DNA of 64,000 bases, from contig CAWEPK010000009.1 in assembly GCA_963810935.1 (NCBI GenBank), positions 256,001-320,000 of the forward strand, given 5' to 3'. The translations under genes and the position numbers were made by a program. Shown one piece after another: positions 1-10,554 of the stretch (position 1 is the first letter of the stretch; each line of letters starts with the position of its first letter). The DNA is from an uncultured delta proteobacterium. Lineage in GTDB: Bacteria; Desulfobacterota; Syntrophorhabdia; Syntrophorhabdales; WCHB1-27. The notes beneath the pieces were generated by a model. The model did not search any database. It was given only the letters and a program-made list of their open reading frames with translations, and was not told the DNA's origin.

Positions 1-824
1 GGGTGCCAGCCGGGGTTGCGCACAAAGAGAAACGGGCAATGGGTCAGGTCCGCCTGTACGTAAACGCTGCTTGAGCCCGACGTAACGATATGGCAGGTGT
101 GGCCGGGGGTGTGCCCTGGGGTCGCACTGGCTACGATGCCCGGGATCACTTCCCGGTCCCATTCATATGTACGCAGCCTTTTAAGCACCTCCCCGCGCAT
201 GACGCGCCGCACGTTCTTGAAGACGCCTTCGATGCGCGGCGTGGCCGCCCGGCTCATCTCTCCGTCGTCCATCCAGTATTTGTGCTCGCGCGCAGGCACC
301 AGTATTTCCGCGTTCGGGAACGCGAGCGAGTTGTCGGCCCTGATGAGGCCGCTGATGTGGTCTACGTGGTAATGGGAGATGATGACTGCATCGATCGCGC
401 CGGGGGCTATGCCCGCCGCGGCAAGGTTCGTCAGGAGCTGGCCGTTGAGGCCCCGGCTCTCCCTGTACGCTGCCTCGCCGGTCCCCGTATCGATCAGGGC
501 GAGCGTCGTCCCGGTATTGACGACCACCGGATTGAAGGGCGTGACATATACGTCCGTCTCCATGAAGAGGGCCGCGAGAGCCGCCCGGACCTCGGCCTTT
601 TTGACGTTGAGGGCGAGGCCGTCGGTGACGGGGAACCGGATCACGCCGTCAGTCACGACAGTCAGCTCGAAGCTCCCGACCTTGTAGCGGTAGAACCCCG
701 GCGCCTGCCTGCCGGCAAACGGGGCGGATGCGCCGGCCGTGCGAGGCGCCGTAAACGGGACGGCTGTAGCGAGCGCCGCTGCTGCTGCGCCGGTGAGCAA
801 TTGGCGACGCGTTATCTCTGCCAT
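1..824 (-). CDS. Tat-exported metallo-beta-lactamase-fold hydrolase (methyl-parathion-hydrolase/OPHC2-like), 3' end runs off the window
   Basis: Hand translation from ATG at 824 (GGAGG upstream): MAEITRRQLLTGAAAAALA twin-arginine signal, QAPGFYRYKVG, SHYHVDH (HxHxDH), PGHTPGH, ADLTH. Absent from the ORF track because there is no stop in the window. Confidence 0.9.
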   Translation of the reverse strand, partial: MAEITRRQLLTGAAAAALATAVPFTAPRTAGASAPFAGRQAPGFYRYKVGSFELTVVTDGVIRFPVTDGLALNVKKAEVRAALAALFMETDVYVTPFNPVVVNTGTTLALIDTGTGEAAYRESRGLNGQLLTNLAAAGIAPGAIDAVIISHYHVDHISGLIRADNSLAFPNAEILVPAREHKYWMDDGEMSRAATPRIEGVFKNVRRVMRGEVLKRLRTYEWDREVIPGIVASATPGHTPGHTCHIVTSGSSSVYVQADLTHCPFLFVRNPGWH

Positions 825-1006
825 TGGTCCCCTCCTGAAGCGTCGTTCGGTCAGACAAACATATCAGGGATGGGCTATTTCCGTCAATAGCGAAATAAGC
901 CCCTGTCCGTGCGGCCCCTTTCGAGTGTACACCGGGCAGAGGCATTGGTGCAAAGACGGTGTATAATACGGGAACGGACGCCAAACAGCCTAAAGGAGGC
1001 AAGTCC

Positions 1007-1477
1007 ATGCGGCAGGCAAAGAGGGAAATAAACGACAGGGAAGCGGTGGAAGGCATCCTGAGGGAGTGCCCCGTGGGGAGGCTCGGCACGGTGCGGCACG
1101 ACGGTTACCCCATGGTGAAGCCGCTTAATTTCGTCTATCTCGACGGCGCTATCTATTTCCACTCGGCGCGCGAGGGAGAGAAGATCGACGACATAAAGCG
1201 GGACGACCGCATCTGCTTCGAGGTCGATCTGCCGGCCATATTTGTGAAGACGACGGGTGACCCATGCTCGGCGATCGTTCTTTTCCGCAGCGTCATCGCC
1301 AGGGGGCAGGCGCGCATCGTTGAAGATAAGGACGAAGTGCTGAAAGCCCTGAAAGCACTGATGGAAAAATACCAGCCTGAAGGCGGCTATGGGCCTTTCT
1401 CCGAAGAGAAGCTCGCGATTACGGCGGTCGTGAGGATCGATATTGTCGAGATGACCGGGAAAGAGCGTTCAAAATAG
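1007..1477 (+). CDS. Pyridoxamine 5'-phosphate oxidase-like FMN-binding protein (NimA-like)
   Basis: AAGGAGG before ATG 1007; GRLGT..YPMVKPLNFVY..IYFHSAREGEK, FRSVIARG, MTGK motifs. Confidence 0.85.
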   Translation: MRQAKREINDREAVEGILRECPVGRLGTVRHDGYPMVKPLNFVYLDGAIYFHSAREGEKIDDIKRDDRICFEVDLPAIFVKTTGDPCSAIVLFRSVIARGQARIVEDKDEVLKALKALMEKYQPEGGYGPFSEEKLAITAVVRIDIVEMTGKERSK

Positions 1478-1517
1478 AAACACCGCTCGATGAGGCCGTC
1501 TGTACACCGCCCCGCTG

Positions 1518-2054
1518 TCATATCAGCTTGTTTTCCGCCGCTCCTGTCTTCGACAGCCTAAAAAGCATGCACGTAGAGACTGCGTGGGCGTAAAGCAGGC
1601 TATCTGCGTCGATCAGGTCCGCTTCAGCCAGGACAATGCGGGATCCTTTATGGAGAACCTTGCCGACGCAGCGCAACGGTCCCGTCTCTTTCGACACCGG
1701 CCGGAGATAATTCACCTTTATGTCCAGGGTCGTGTAACCTGTGCCTGCGGGCAGCGTGGAATGGACCGCGTAACCCACCGCTGCGTCGAGGACCGGGCAG
1801 AGTATGCCCCCCTGGACCGCCCCGAAGCGGTTATAATGGTACTCGGCCGGCGTCATCTCCATCACAGCGCGCCCCTCACTGAATTCGACTAACCGGAAAT
1901 TGACCAGGCCCCAAACGGGCGGGAGCGGGAAACGGCCGTCCAGCATGGCTTTCATCAATTCAGGGCCGCTCATGCTCAAGACGGTCTCAACGTCAACGTC
2001 GGGCCGGTCCCATGTCAGCGTCCGCCTGCCCCTTTGAGAACCTTTGTCTGTCAT
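1518..2054 (-). CDS. PaaI family hotdog-fold thioesterase
   Basis: HYNRFGAVQGGILCPVLDAAVG, TLDIKVNYLRP; GGGAGG before ATG 2054. Confidence 0.85.
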   Translation of the reverse strand: MTDKGSQRGRRTLTWDRPDVDVETVLSMSGPELMKAMLDGRFPLPPVWGLVNFRLVEFSEGRAVMEMTPAEYHYNRFGAVQGGILCPVLDAAVGYAVHSTLPAGTGYTTLDIKVNYLRPVSKETGPLRCVGKVLHKGSRIVLAEADLIDADSLLYAHAVSTCMLFRLSKTGAAENKLI

Positions 2055-2084
2055 AACGCGAAGCCTCCCTTGTCGGTTGGAATA

Positions 2085-2112
2085 ATTATAGGAATACACG
2101 AATTGCTGTCAA
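2085..2112 (-). promoter_or_regulatory. sigma70 promoter for the PaaI gene
   Basis: Minus strand TTGACA-16 nt-TATAAT. Confidence 0.7.
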
Positions 2113-2215
2113 GATATTTTTCACCCTTCCTATCAGGCGCGGCGAAACTCCGCCGATGCTTGCCCTTTGATGTTTTTTGTTGCACAGTCCCCTTCAATTG
2201 GTAACAATAGTATTC

Positions 2216-4304
2216 ATGTCCATAACAGATCATGTCGTCAGGACATCGTGCAGGGGCTGCCACGGCGTCTGCCAGGTGCTCGTCCATATGGAGGGCGACA
2301 GAATAGTCAGGGTTGTAGGCGACCCCGACAGCCCGACGAGCCGGGGTTACATCTGCCCGAAGGGGGCGGCCGCACCGGAGATATTCTACCATAAGGACCG
2401 GCTCCTTTATCCGCTGCGGAGAGCGGGAAAGAGGGGCGAGAACAAATGGGAAAGGGTCTCCTGGGATGAAGCGATCGGCGAGATAGTAGACCGCCTCGAC
2501 CGCGTACGCGCCGAATCGGGGAGCGAATATTTCGCACATGGCGAAAGGTACAGGGAGGCCCCATTCGGAGTTCACCGCCCGGTTCGCTCAAGGCTACGGC
2601 ACGCCCAATTTCCTCTCACCCGGCCACAATTGTTTCCTCCCCAGGGTGATCCTCAGCACGTTGACTGCGGGCGGCCTTCCAATCGCGGATATTTACGGCT
2701 TCGGCGGCGAGATGCCGGCGTGCGTCATGAACTGGGGATGCAACCACACAGAGACGGGGGCGTCCGACGGCATGTGCGGGGCAATGTTCAAAAGGGCCTT
2801 CATGCAGGCCAAAAAGAAGATCGTCGTAGACCCGAGGCGCATCGGGCTTGCCGAAAAGGCCGACTACTGGCTCCAACTCAAGCCGGGCAGTGAATGCGCG
2901 CTGGCCCTCGCAATGATAAATGTCATCATCGGCGAGGACCTCTACGACCACGAGTTCGTGGAGAACTACGGTTTCGGCTTCGACCGCCTGGCAGACCACG
3001 TCCGCCCTTTCACTCCCGAATGGGCCGGTCCGATTGCAGCCATCCCAGCTTCCACGATCAGCGAGGCGGCCAGGACTTTTGCGACGACTAAGCCCGCATG
3101 CATCCAGTGGGGCAACGGGATCGACACGAGCACGAACGCCTTCCAGACAGCCAGGGCGCTTATCATCCTTATGGGGATAACCGGCAATATCGACGCGCCC
3201 GGAGGGAACGTCTTCTGGGTGCCGCCCGAAGGCATCAGGTCGGGGCTGGACGATCTTCGTTCCAGGGACCTGATGCCTGCCGGAAAGAAGGCAGCGGTCG
3301 TCGGCAAAAGGTTCCCCTTCACTCCGGGCTGCCATGTGCCGACTTTCTGGAAATCGGTGATTACCGGCGAGCCTTACCGGGTGCGGATGATGTGGATCGT
3401 CGGCACGAACCCCATGCTTACCGCAACGCAGGGCCTGGCGATAGAGCGGGCGCTGAAAGAGTACATGGAGTACACGGTAGCCTCCGACCTCTTCATGACC
3501 CCCGCTGCCCAACTGGCCGACCTGGTGCTGCCGGCCTCGCACTGGCTAGAGCAGGACGACATCGCCTTCATGCATGAGATCTGGTGCGCCATGACCAGGA
3601 AGAAGCTCGCGCAGATAGGAGAGGCAAGAGACGACAGGGAGGTGATCCTGGAGGTAGCCCATCGCCTGGGCCTCGATGACGCCTTCCCCTGGCTCGACTG
3701 GCATGCATACCTCGACTGGGTTTGCGAGGGTACGGGCATGCGCTTTGCGGAGTTCAGGGAGAAAGACCTGGTTATGGGGAAGATGCGTTACAGGAAGTAT
3801 AAAGAGCATGGGTTCGCCACGCCCACAGGCAAGTTCGAGTTCTACTCGACCATTATGGAGCGCGAGGGGCGCCCTCCCCTGCCGGTCTACACCGAGCCGC
3901 CTTTGTCGCCGACGCCCGATTATCCGCTCATCCTCATGACCGGCACGAAAGGGCTCAATTATTTCCATTCGGAGCTGCACCAGATCGACTCCCTTCGCAG
4001 GCGCCACCCCGATCCCCTTGTCGAGATCAACCCCGAAACTGCGGCCCGCCTGAATATATCCGACGGCGGCTGGGTATGGGTGGAATCGCCTTATGGGAAG
4101 GTGAGGCTTAAAGCAAGGCTCATCGGAGGCATAGCGCCGGACGTCGTCAACGCGGAGCACGCCTGGTGGCGCCCGGAGGCGGCCCCGCCCGACTACAACT
4201 GGAAGGAATCGTGCGTGAACCTGCTTTTCGGCGACGACTTTTTCGACCCCGATTCCGGGGCCGAGCCGCTGAAGTGCTACATCTGCCGCATCACCCCCGT
4301 ATAG
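2216..4304 (+). CDS. Molybdo/tungstopterin oxidoreductase, acetylene-hydratase-like subfamily; one +1 frameshift at ~2537
   Basis: N-terminal CRGCHGVC..CPKG [4Fe-4S] motif in the first frame. After TTC GCA C ATG it continues MAKGTGR..PGHNC..VVDPR..ADLVLP..VEINPETA. About 695 aa if joined. Confidence 0.85.
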
Positions 4305-4370
4305 CAGATCAAATGATGTCCTTTACATTGGGCAGATAACGTTGTATGCAATATAGGCGGAGGGGCCACC

Positions 4371-5309
4371 TTGGATTTTCATGCCTGCAACCTTATTAAA
4401 GAGAACATATCCCGCGTCGTCGTCGGCAAGGAAAGGGCCGTGGAGGAGCTGCTCGTCGGCCTGCTCGCTGAAGGCCATGTACTTATCGAAGACGTGCCCG
4501 GCCTGGGCAAGACACTCCTTGCTAAGTCGCTCGCGGCGAGCATCGGCGCATCCTTCAACAGGGTCCAGTTCACGCCCGACCTCCTGCCCGCCGACATAAC
4601 GGGCTTTAGCGTCTACAACCAGCAAACAGGCCGGTTCACCTTCCAGCCCGGCCCGGTAATGACGCACGTGCTGCTGGCCGACGAGATCAACCGCACCATC
4701 CCCCGCACGCAGTCTAGCTTGCTCGAAAGCATGGAGGAACGCCAGGTGACGGTGGACGGCACGACCTACGTCCTGCCCACCCCCTTTTTCGTCATGGCCA
4801 CCCAGAACCCCATTGAGCTGGAAGGCACCTTCCCCCTGCCGGAGGCGCAGCTCGACCGGTTTCTTCTGAAGATCAGGCTCCGGTATCCCGAGATGCGCGA
4901 AGAGGTGGCGATCCTCGAGCGCTTTCAGGAAAAAGACCCTCTCAGAGAGCTTTCTGCAGTCGTCTCCCCCGAGGAGATCCACGGGATGCAGGTCGCAAGG
5001 CGCGCCGTCCGCGTTTCGGAGGCGGTCAGGTCTTACATCACCGGGATCGTGAGTGCGACGCGCAGCCACCCTGCCCTGCGCCTCGGCGCAAGTCCTAGGG
5101 GCTCCCTCGGACTGATGAGGGCTTCCCAGGCACTATCAGCCCTGCACGGACGCGATTACGTCCTGCCCGACGATGTAAAGGCCCTCGCCGTCGGCGTCCT
5201 CGCCCACAGGCTCATCCTCAAGGAAGAGGAAAGGCTGAAAGGTGCGACGCAGGAATCAATCGCCGAGGCCGTATTAGCCGCCACGCCCGTCCCTGACGGA
5301 AGCCCCTGA
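4371..5309 (+). CDS. moxR: MoxR family AAA+ ATPase
   Basis: DVPGLGKT, RVQFTPDLLPADITG, LLADEINR, ATQNPIE..FPLPEAQLDRF, GASPR; TTG start after GGAGGGG. Confidence 0.95.
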   Translation: MDFHACNLIKENISRVVVGKERAVEELLVGLLAEGHVLIEDVPGLGKTLLAKSLAASIGASFNRVQFTPDLLPADITGFSVYNQQTGRFTFQPGPVMTHVLLADEINRTIPRTQSSLLESMEERQVTVDGTTYVLPTPFFVMATQNPIELEGTFPLPEAQLDRFLLKIRLRYPEMREEVAILERFQEKDPLRELSAVVSPEEIHGMQVARRAVRVSEAVRSYITGIVSATRSHPALRLGASPRGSLGLMRASQALSALHGRDYVLPDDVKALAVGVLAHRLILKEEERLKGATQESIAEAVLAATPVPDGSP

Positions 5310-5316
5310 AACGGCT

Positions 5317-6468
5317 GTGAACGTCCAGGCGCGCCGTGTCTCAAGCGTTTTCGTCATGTACCCCAGTCTCTTCTTCGTGGGGCTGCTCCTCTTCAGCGCA
5401 CTCATTTACCGCAGGGCCGACCTCGCAGTCCTCGCGCTCCTCGTTTTATGCCTCGTAGCAGGCCTGAAGGCGTGGGGCCGGTTGAGCCCGAGGGGCATCG
5501 CGTTTGACCTCGCCGTTGACAAGATAAGGGTCTTCGCGGGCGACGGACTTACAATCTCGGCGCAGGGGCAAAACGGCAAGCTCCTTCCCGTCTGGCTGGA
5601 AGCCGCCATCCCCGCAAAAACCAGCAGGACGCAGGAGACGTTCCTTCGCGCCTCGGCCAGTCTCCTGTGGCGGCAGGGGGCACACTTCAGTTGGGAGCTG
5701 CCCGGCCTCAAAAGGGGCATAGCCTCGATCGGCCCGGCCATGACGGCAACGGCGGACCTCTTCGGGTTCTTCCCGGCCGAGAAGACGCAAGGCGACGCAA
5801 TCCAGTTGGTCGTTTACCCCAGGCTCGTGCCGCTCAAAGAGTTCCGTCTGCCCAAGCGTGATTTCTTCGGCACCCCCGGCGGAAGGAGCCCTGTTAACGA
5901 CCCGGTCTACATACTGGGCACTACGGACTACCATCCGGGAAGGCCCGCCCGGTTCATCCACTGGAAGGCGACGGCGCGCCACGGCCGCCTGCAGGAAAAG
6001 ATTTTCGAGCCGACCCGCCAGGCAAAGGCGCTCATCCTTCTCGACACGGAAAGGTTCTTTACTGAAAGCGCGGATGAGACCTTCGAGCGGACTATCGAAG
6101 TCGCCGCCTCGGTCGCTGCCAGACTCGACCGTGAGGGATGCGCCGTGGGCCTGCTCACGAACGGACATGTGACCGGCGGCTCGCCTTTCGTGCCCGTCAG
6201 CAGGGGGCCCGGACAGTTGTCGGCCATCCTTGAGGCCTTGGCGCGGCTCGACATGGAGCCCGCCTGCCGGATGGCGGACCTCGTCTATCGCATCGAAGTC
6301 CCCTGGGGCGCGACCTGCCTCTATTTCGCCTCGGACGAAGACGAGGCGGCCCGCGCCGTACTGGCGTGCCTCACCCGGAAGAGACTGGGACGCCTCTTCT
6401 TTACTGCGGAGGCGGCCCTGCAACTGGTGGCACGCGCAGAAAGCACGCAGCAAAGGCGGACTGCATGA
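5317..6468 (+). CDS. DUF58 (vWA-like) membrane-anchored protein
   Basis: Two N-terminal TM segments, VVYPRL, DYHPG.PARFIHWKATAR; directly follows MoxR. Confidence 0.85.
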   Translation: MNVQARRVSSVFVMYPSLFFVGLLLFSALIYRRADLAVLALLVLCLVAGLKAWGRLSPRGIAFDLAVDKIRVFAGDGLTISAQGQNGKLLPVWLEAAIPAKTSRTQETFLRASASLLWRQGAHFSWELPGLKRGIASIGPAMTATADLFGFFPAEKTQGDAIQLVVYPRLVPLKEFRLPKRDFFGTPGGRSPVNDPVYILGTTDYHPGRPARFIHWKATARHGRLQEKIFEPTRQAKALILLDTERFFTESADETFERTIEVAASVAARLDREGCAVGLLTNGHVTGGSPFVPVSRGPGQLSAILEALARLDMEPACRMADLVYRIEVPWGATCLYFASDEDEAARAVLACLTRKRLGRLFFTAEAALQLVARAESTQQRRTA

Positions 6469-7865
6469 TGCGCAGCAAAGGACCACTGCTTGTTCTCCTT
6501 ACGGCGCTCATGGAACTGTGCTGGCTTTACAGTTGGGCTTCCTTCTCGCTCGGCGCCACCGCTCCCCGCACGCTTTCGCTTCCTGTCCTGTGTCTCGTAT
6601 TCGGCGTTGCAGCGCTCGCCACGCGCCTGTCTTCACAGAAAGGCTGGCGCGTCGCCGCTATACTCGCCGTTCATATCCTGGGCATCGTCTGCGCAGCCGC
6701 CTTTACGGTCAGGGACGTATACTATGCTTCGTATCCACTTTTCGCAACGACCTGGCCCAGTGCGTTCTTCCACGGCGCGAGGGCGCCCCTCGATTGGATC
6801 GTCCTGATAATCGTGCTAGCGTGGGCCGCTGCCCTCTGGGCGGCAGGCGCGACGTTCGCGCGACGGAAGAGAGACTACTACGGTGTTTGCGCCCGTTTCG
6901 ATATCGGGCTAGTCGCCTTCTTCGTCCTTTTTCTCCTCACCTTCGCCGCAGAGGTGAAAGGGGGCATGCACATGGAGAACGGCCTCGCCGCCCGGCTCAT
7001 CTTCCCATTCTTCCTTTTCGGGCTCCTCGCGATAGGGACGGCCAGGGCCGAACAGGCGCAAAAGACCTTCGATGAGGGCTTTGCAGGGACGGGCCTCGTC
7101 CTTTGCGCAGCCTCGGCTGCGCTCCTTGCCGCAGGAGGCGCAGCGCTCCTTTTGATGCCCGGCATCGAAGCCGCGGCAAAGGCCGGCCAGGGGGTGCTCG
7201 CCTCTACGACGGGTCCGCTCCTGCCTTTTATGGAAAGGCTGTTGCGCTTCATCTATGCCAACCGGACGACGCTCAGGTCCGAGCCGGCAGGTGCTTCAAA
7301 AGAAACGACGTGGCTAAAGTGGCAGGCGGGCAGCGGCCATTGGCTGGGGGTATTCTTCGCCAAGGCGATGCTATGGGTCATGTGCGCCTTAGGGGTAATA
7401 CTGCTCGTCGCCATTGCCCTCGTCCTTCTCTCCTTTGTCGTCAGGTGGCTCCTGACAAGGACCGAGCGGCGTCCCGGCCGGACCGGGCAATGGACGGCCG
7501 CGCTCCGTGGGCTTTCACGGTTTCTGGAGCGTCTCATCAAGTGGCTCGGCTTCCTTCTCACGCGGCCCGTCCGGGCAGCCGATTTCTACTACAACCTGTG
7601 CAGATGGGCACGGCGCTCGGGCCTGCCGAGGGCACCTGCCGAAACCCCCTCGGAGTTCGGCATGCGCCTTTCCGGCCGCTTTCCCGGCCTCGCATCATCC
7701 ATAGGCGCTATAGTAGGCGCATTCGAGAAGGAGTTCTACGGCGGCATCGCGCTCCCCGCACGCCCGGAAGCATCCGTGCTCGCATGGCAGGCATTGCGCA
7801 GCCCAAGGCACTGGCCGCGAAGGATATGGGCGCGGGGTGCGGGGCCTGGCGCTTTGCGCGCCTGA
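6465..7865 (+). CDS. Polytopic membrane protein with C-terminal DUF4129-like domain
   Basis: ATGA overlap with the DUF58 stop; many TM helices; C-terminal YYNLCRWARRSGLPRAPAETPSEF..FEKEFYG. Confidence 0.75.
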   Translation: MMRSKGPLLVLLTALMELCWLYSWASFSLGATAPRTLSLPVLCLVFGVAALATRLSSQKGWRVAAILAVHILGIVCAAAFTVRDVYYASYPLFATTWPSAFFHGARAPLDWIVLIIVLAWAAALWAAGATFARRKRDYYGVCARFDIGLVAFFVLFLLTFAAEVKGGMHMENGLAARLIFPFFLFGLLAIGTARAEQAQKTFDEGFAGTGLVLCAASAALLAAGGAALLLMPGIEAAAKAGQGVLASTTGPLLPFMERLLRFIYANRTTLRSEPAGASKETTWLKWQAGSGHWLGVFFAKAMLWVMCALGVILLVAIALVLLSFVVRWLLTRTERRPGRTGQWTAALRGLSRFLERLIKWLGFLLTRPVRAADFYYNLCRWARRSGLPRAPAETPSEFGMRLSGRFPGLASSIGAIVGAFEKEFYGGIALPARPEASVLAWQALRSPRHWPRRIWARGAGPGALRA

Positions 7866-8000
7866 GCCATATATACGGGGCTTTAGAGAACAACGGAGAG
7901 CTTCACTTCAAGATGGCCACCCGGCTGTTTTATGGTTCTGGTCACAATCAGATGTCGGGAACATTAGAGCGGGTCGCAAAATAAAGTGAGTTTCGCGTAG

Positions 8001-8081
8001 CCGTCACCCCGATGAAAATCGGGGCCCAGACCTTTCCTGCTCGTTCGAAATAGTGGATACCGGCTTTCTCCGGTATGACGG
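8001..8081. repeat. REP/RPE-like palindromic element
   Basis: CCGTCA...TGACGG termini enclosing hairpins CCCCGAT-GAAA-ATCGGGG and ATACCGG-CTTTCT-CCGGTAT; lies between convergent genes. Confidence 0.7.
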
Positions 8082-8203
8082 AAGAGGGCAAAGCGGTCGG
8101 CGTGAAAGACGTACCTCGCTTGCAATCATCTTATCACAGACCGTTAGAATAGTATGACTTTATAAACACACCAAAAAAATTGAAAAGCACACGTCATATT
8201 ACA

Positions 8204-8915
8204 CTAGAACCGGTAGTACCACCAGATGTCGAAGGCTTCGTTTTTGATCTTGTCTCTGATGTGCTCTTTTTCCTTTGTGATGAAGTCCCTTGACTGGCCC
8301 GCTATCTCCTTGGGGTAATGGCCGAGCAGGTACTCTTCCTCGATCATGAATATGCCCGCGTTTTTGAGCCTGCCCCGTAGGTGCTCCGTGCTGTCGGGCT
8401 TCATCATTAGGAAATGGGGGTAGTAATAAAGGGGTATGAAGGGGAAGCAGCGGTGCTTTGTTCCTTCCCTGGCGCGGTACATGATCTTAAGCCGCTCGAC
8501 GTAGCCTTCCCTGCCGTCGGTCTCAAGCATCGCTTTGATGTCGGAATCCGTGAAGCCTTCAGACTCCATTATGGAGGTGAAGGTTGCAAAATGGACAAGA
8601 CACGCGTATTTGGTGGCGTTGAGGATGCCCCGGAAAATGAGCTTTCTCCGCGCGAGCCTGTCGACGTCGTCGTAGAAGCGCATGATGCCCTTGATGCGCC
8701 GGTTCGTCTCCTCTCCGTCCGCGATGCTCAAGATGCCCGCCTTCCCTTTTTATAATGCCGTGGCCGACAAGGGCCTCTATCGCCTGGCGCGCATATTGCC
8801 TGTCCGGAAGGCTATCGACGACGGCCTCCTCGCTACGCCCTTTCCCTTCGTTCAAAAGAAGGTGCAGAACGCGCGGCACGGCAGGCGCGTCGAGCAGGAC
8901 GTTGAAGCTGCCCAT
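8204..8915 (-). CDS. Hypothetical protein, possibly winged-helix type; +1 frameshift at ~8737
   Basis: ORFs 8559-8915 and 8204-8731 join (..GIIKREGG/ILSIADGEE..) on removing one G of a GGG; GGAGG upstream; about 236 aa. Confidence 0.7.
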
Positions 8916-8995
8916 AGGTTGACTTGGCCTCCAATCTAATCTATATTATTCACGTTATTGGGCTTCCGAAAACCCCATAAACAACGGCCGAAGAG

Positions 8996-10534
8996 ATGCT
9001 CAACACCACAACGCGCCAAAATGCAGAACTGTTAGAGCGCTACCAGCCTATCCCGATTTCCTACTTATTAAGATACTCCATCCTCAAAAGGATTGAAAGG
9101 GGAGAGGAGGTCCTGGAGGACATCCAGGGCAGGCAGGAGGTAAAACAGGACGTGATCCGCGCCCTCCTGTCGGGATCGCAGCCGTACCTGGTTTCCGAGG
9201 AGGGCACCGGCAAGACGCGCCTGGCGAGGTCGATCAGCAGGCTGCTTTTGCCCGTGCCGAAGATCGCAGGATGCCCGTACAACGATGACCCCAAGTGGCC
9301 GAAAGAGCGCATGTGCCCGCGCTGCCGGGAGACTGACGACCCTGCCGCGAAATTCGGGATAGAGTGGATAACCGGCCAGGAAAGGTTCTCCAGGATACAG
9401 GGCAACGAGTATACGAACGAGGCAAAGCTCCTCGGCTTAAAGGACATACAGGCCATAGCGCGGGGCATGAGCCCGAAAGACCCGCTGGCTTTCGCCGGCA
9501 CCGGCGTTTTCCGGGCCAACCGGGGCGTGCTTTTCATCGACGAGCTGCCCGCCATACGGACGAAGGTGCAGGTCCTCCTCCACCCGATCATCGAGGAGAA
9601 AAAGGCGATACTTGAAGAATACAACTGGGAATACCCCCTCGACATTATCGTCGTCTCCACCGGGAACCCGGAAGGGTTCTCGCACGTAAACGAGGTGCCC
9701 AGGCCGCTTCTCGACAGGCTTGAAACCATCTATATGGACCTGCCCGACGAGGAGACGGAATTGACGATCATGATGATGGAGCGGTTCGGCGGAAGGGACG
9801 GGTCGGGACCTGCCGAGGCCTTCCCGACCGAGTTCCCCAGGATGGAAGAGGTCAAGCGGCGGGTGCTCGCGCCCTGGTGGATGCTCTCCCTTATCAATAA
9901 ATCGGCGAGGCAGAGCAGGACGTGCCGCTGGCTCGACAAGAAGGCGAGCATCAGGGGCACTACAAGGGCCATCGACCACACGTATTCCTCGACCGAGATG
10001 GAGAGGCGGCGCGTAACGCGGCTCGCCGACGTAACGGCCGGGTTGAAACTCGCCCTGCGCGGACGCGTCCAGCTCCGCCAGGACCTTGTCGATTTCGAGA
10101 ACCCCAGGGAAACCATGCGTAAGGTGGACGAGTTGTCCGAAGACCTCGTTCGAAACGGCCTGCTGGACTTGGGCAACGAAGTTGCCGCCACCTGGGACAG
10201 GGAGGAGATGGAGAAAGAAGCGGCGGCGCTCGTGGACCTGCCGGGACGGGAATGGCCCTCCTTTATGCGCGAATCAGCGGTCCTGAAGGAAAGGCTCCAA
10301 CAGATAGAGAACATGGGGCGGGAAAGATACAGGCTGGACAGGGTGGTCGCCGAAGGCGAGGACCTGCTGCGTGAGGTCGAGCGGTCGAGCGAAGTCCGGA
10401 ACGAGTACCTGACGTCCGCCGCCGAGTTCATCGTCAACATCTGCGCTGTGAAGAAGTGGGTCTACCTGCAGGACGGGCGCGACTTTTATATCCCGAAGGA
10501 GATTACTTGGGCCCAAAAGGGAACCTGGAAATAG
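8996..10534 (+). CDS. Mg-chelatase ChlI-like AAA+ ATPase
   Basis: SEEGTGKT Walker A, GCPYNDDP..CPRC insert, RANRGVLFIDE, NPE..PLLDR; promoter TTGACT-17-TATATT at 8919-8947. Confidence 0.85.
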   Translation: MLNTTTRQNAELLERYQPIPISYLLRYSILKRIERGEEVLEDIQGRQEVKQDVIRALLSGSQPYLVSEEGTGKTRLARSISRLLLPVPKIAGCPYNDDPKWPKERMCPRCRETDDPAAKFGIEWITGQERFSRIQGNEYTNEAKLLGLKDIQAIARGMSPKDPLAFAGTGVFRANRGVLFIDELPAIRTKVQVLLHPIIEEKKAILEEYNWEYPLDIIVVSTGNPEGFSHVNEVPRPLLDRLETIYMDLPDEETELTIMMMERFGGRDGSGPAEAFPTEFPRMEEVKRRVLAPWWMLSLINKSARQSRTCRWLDKKASIRGTTRAIDHTYSSTEMERRRVTRLADVTAGLKLALRGRVQLRQDLVDFENPRETMRKVDELSEDLVRNGLLDLGNEVAATWDREEMEKEAAALVDLPGREWPSFMRESAVLKERLQQIENMGRERYRLDRVVAEGEDLLREVERSSEVRNEYLTSAAEFIVNICAVKKWVYLQDGRDFYIPKEITWAQKGTWK

Positions 10535-10554
10535 CGGGCCTGTGCGACCGTTGC

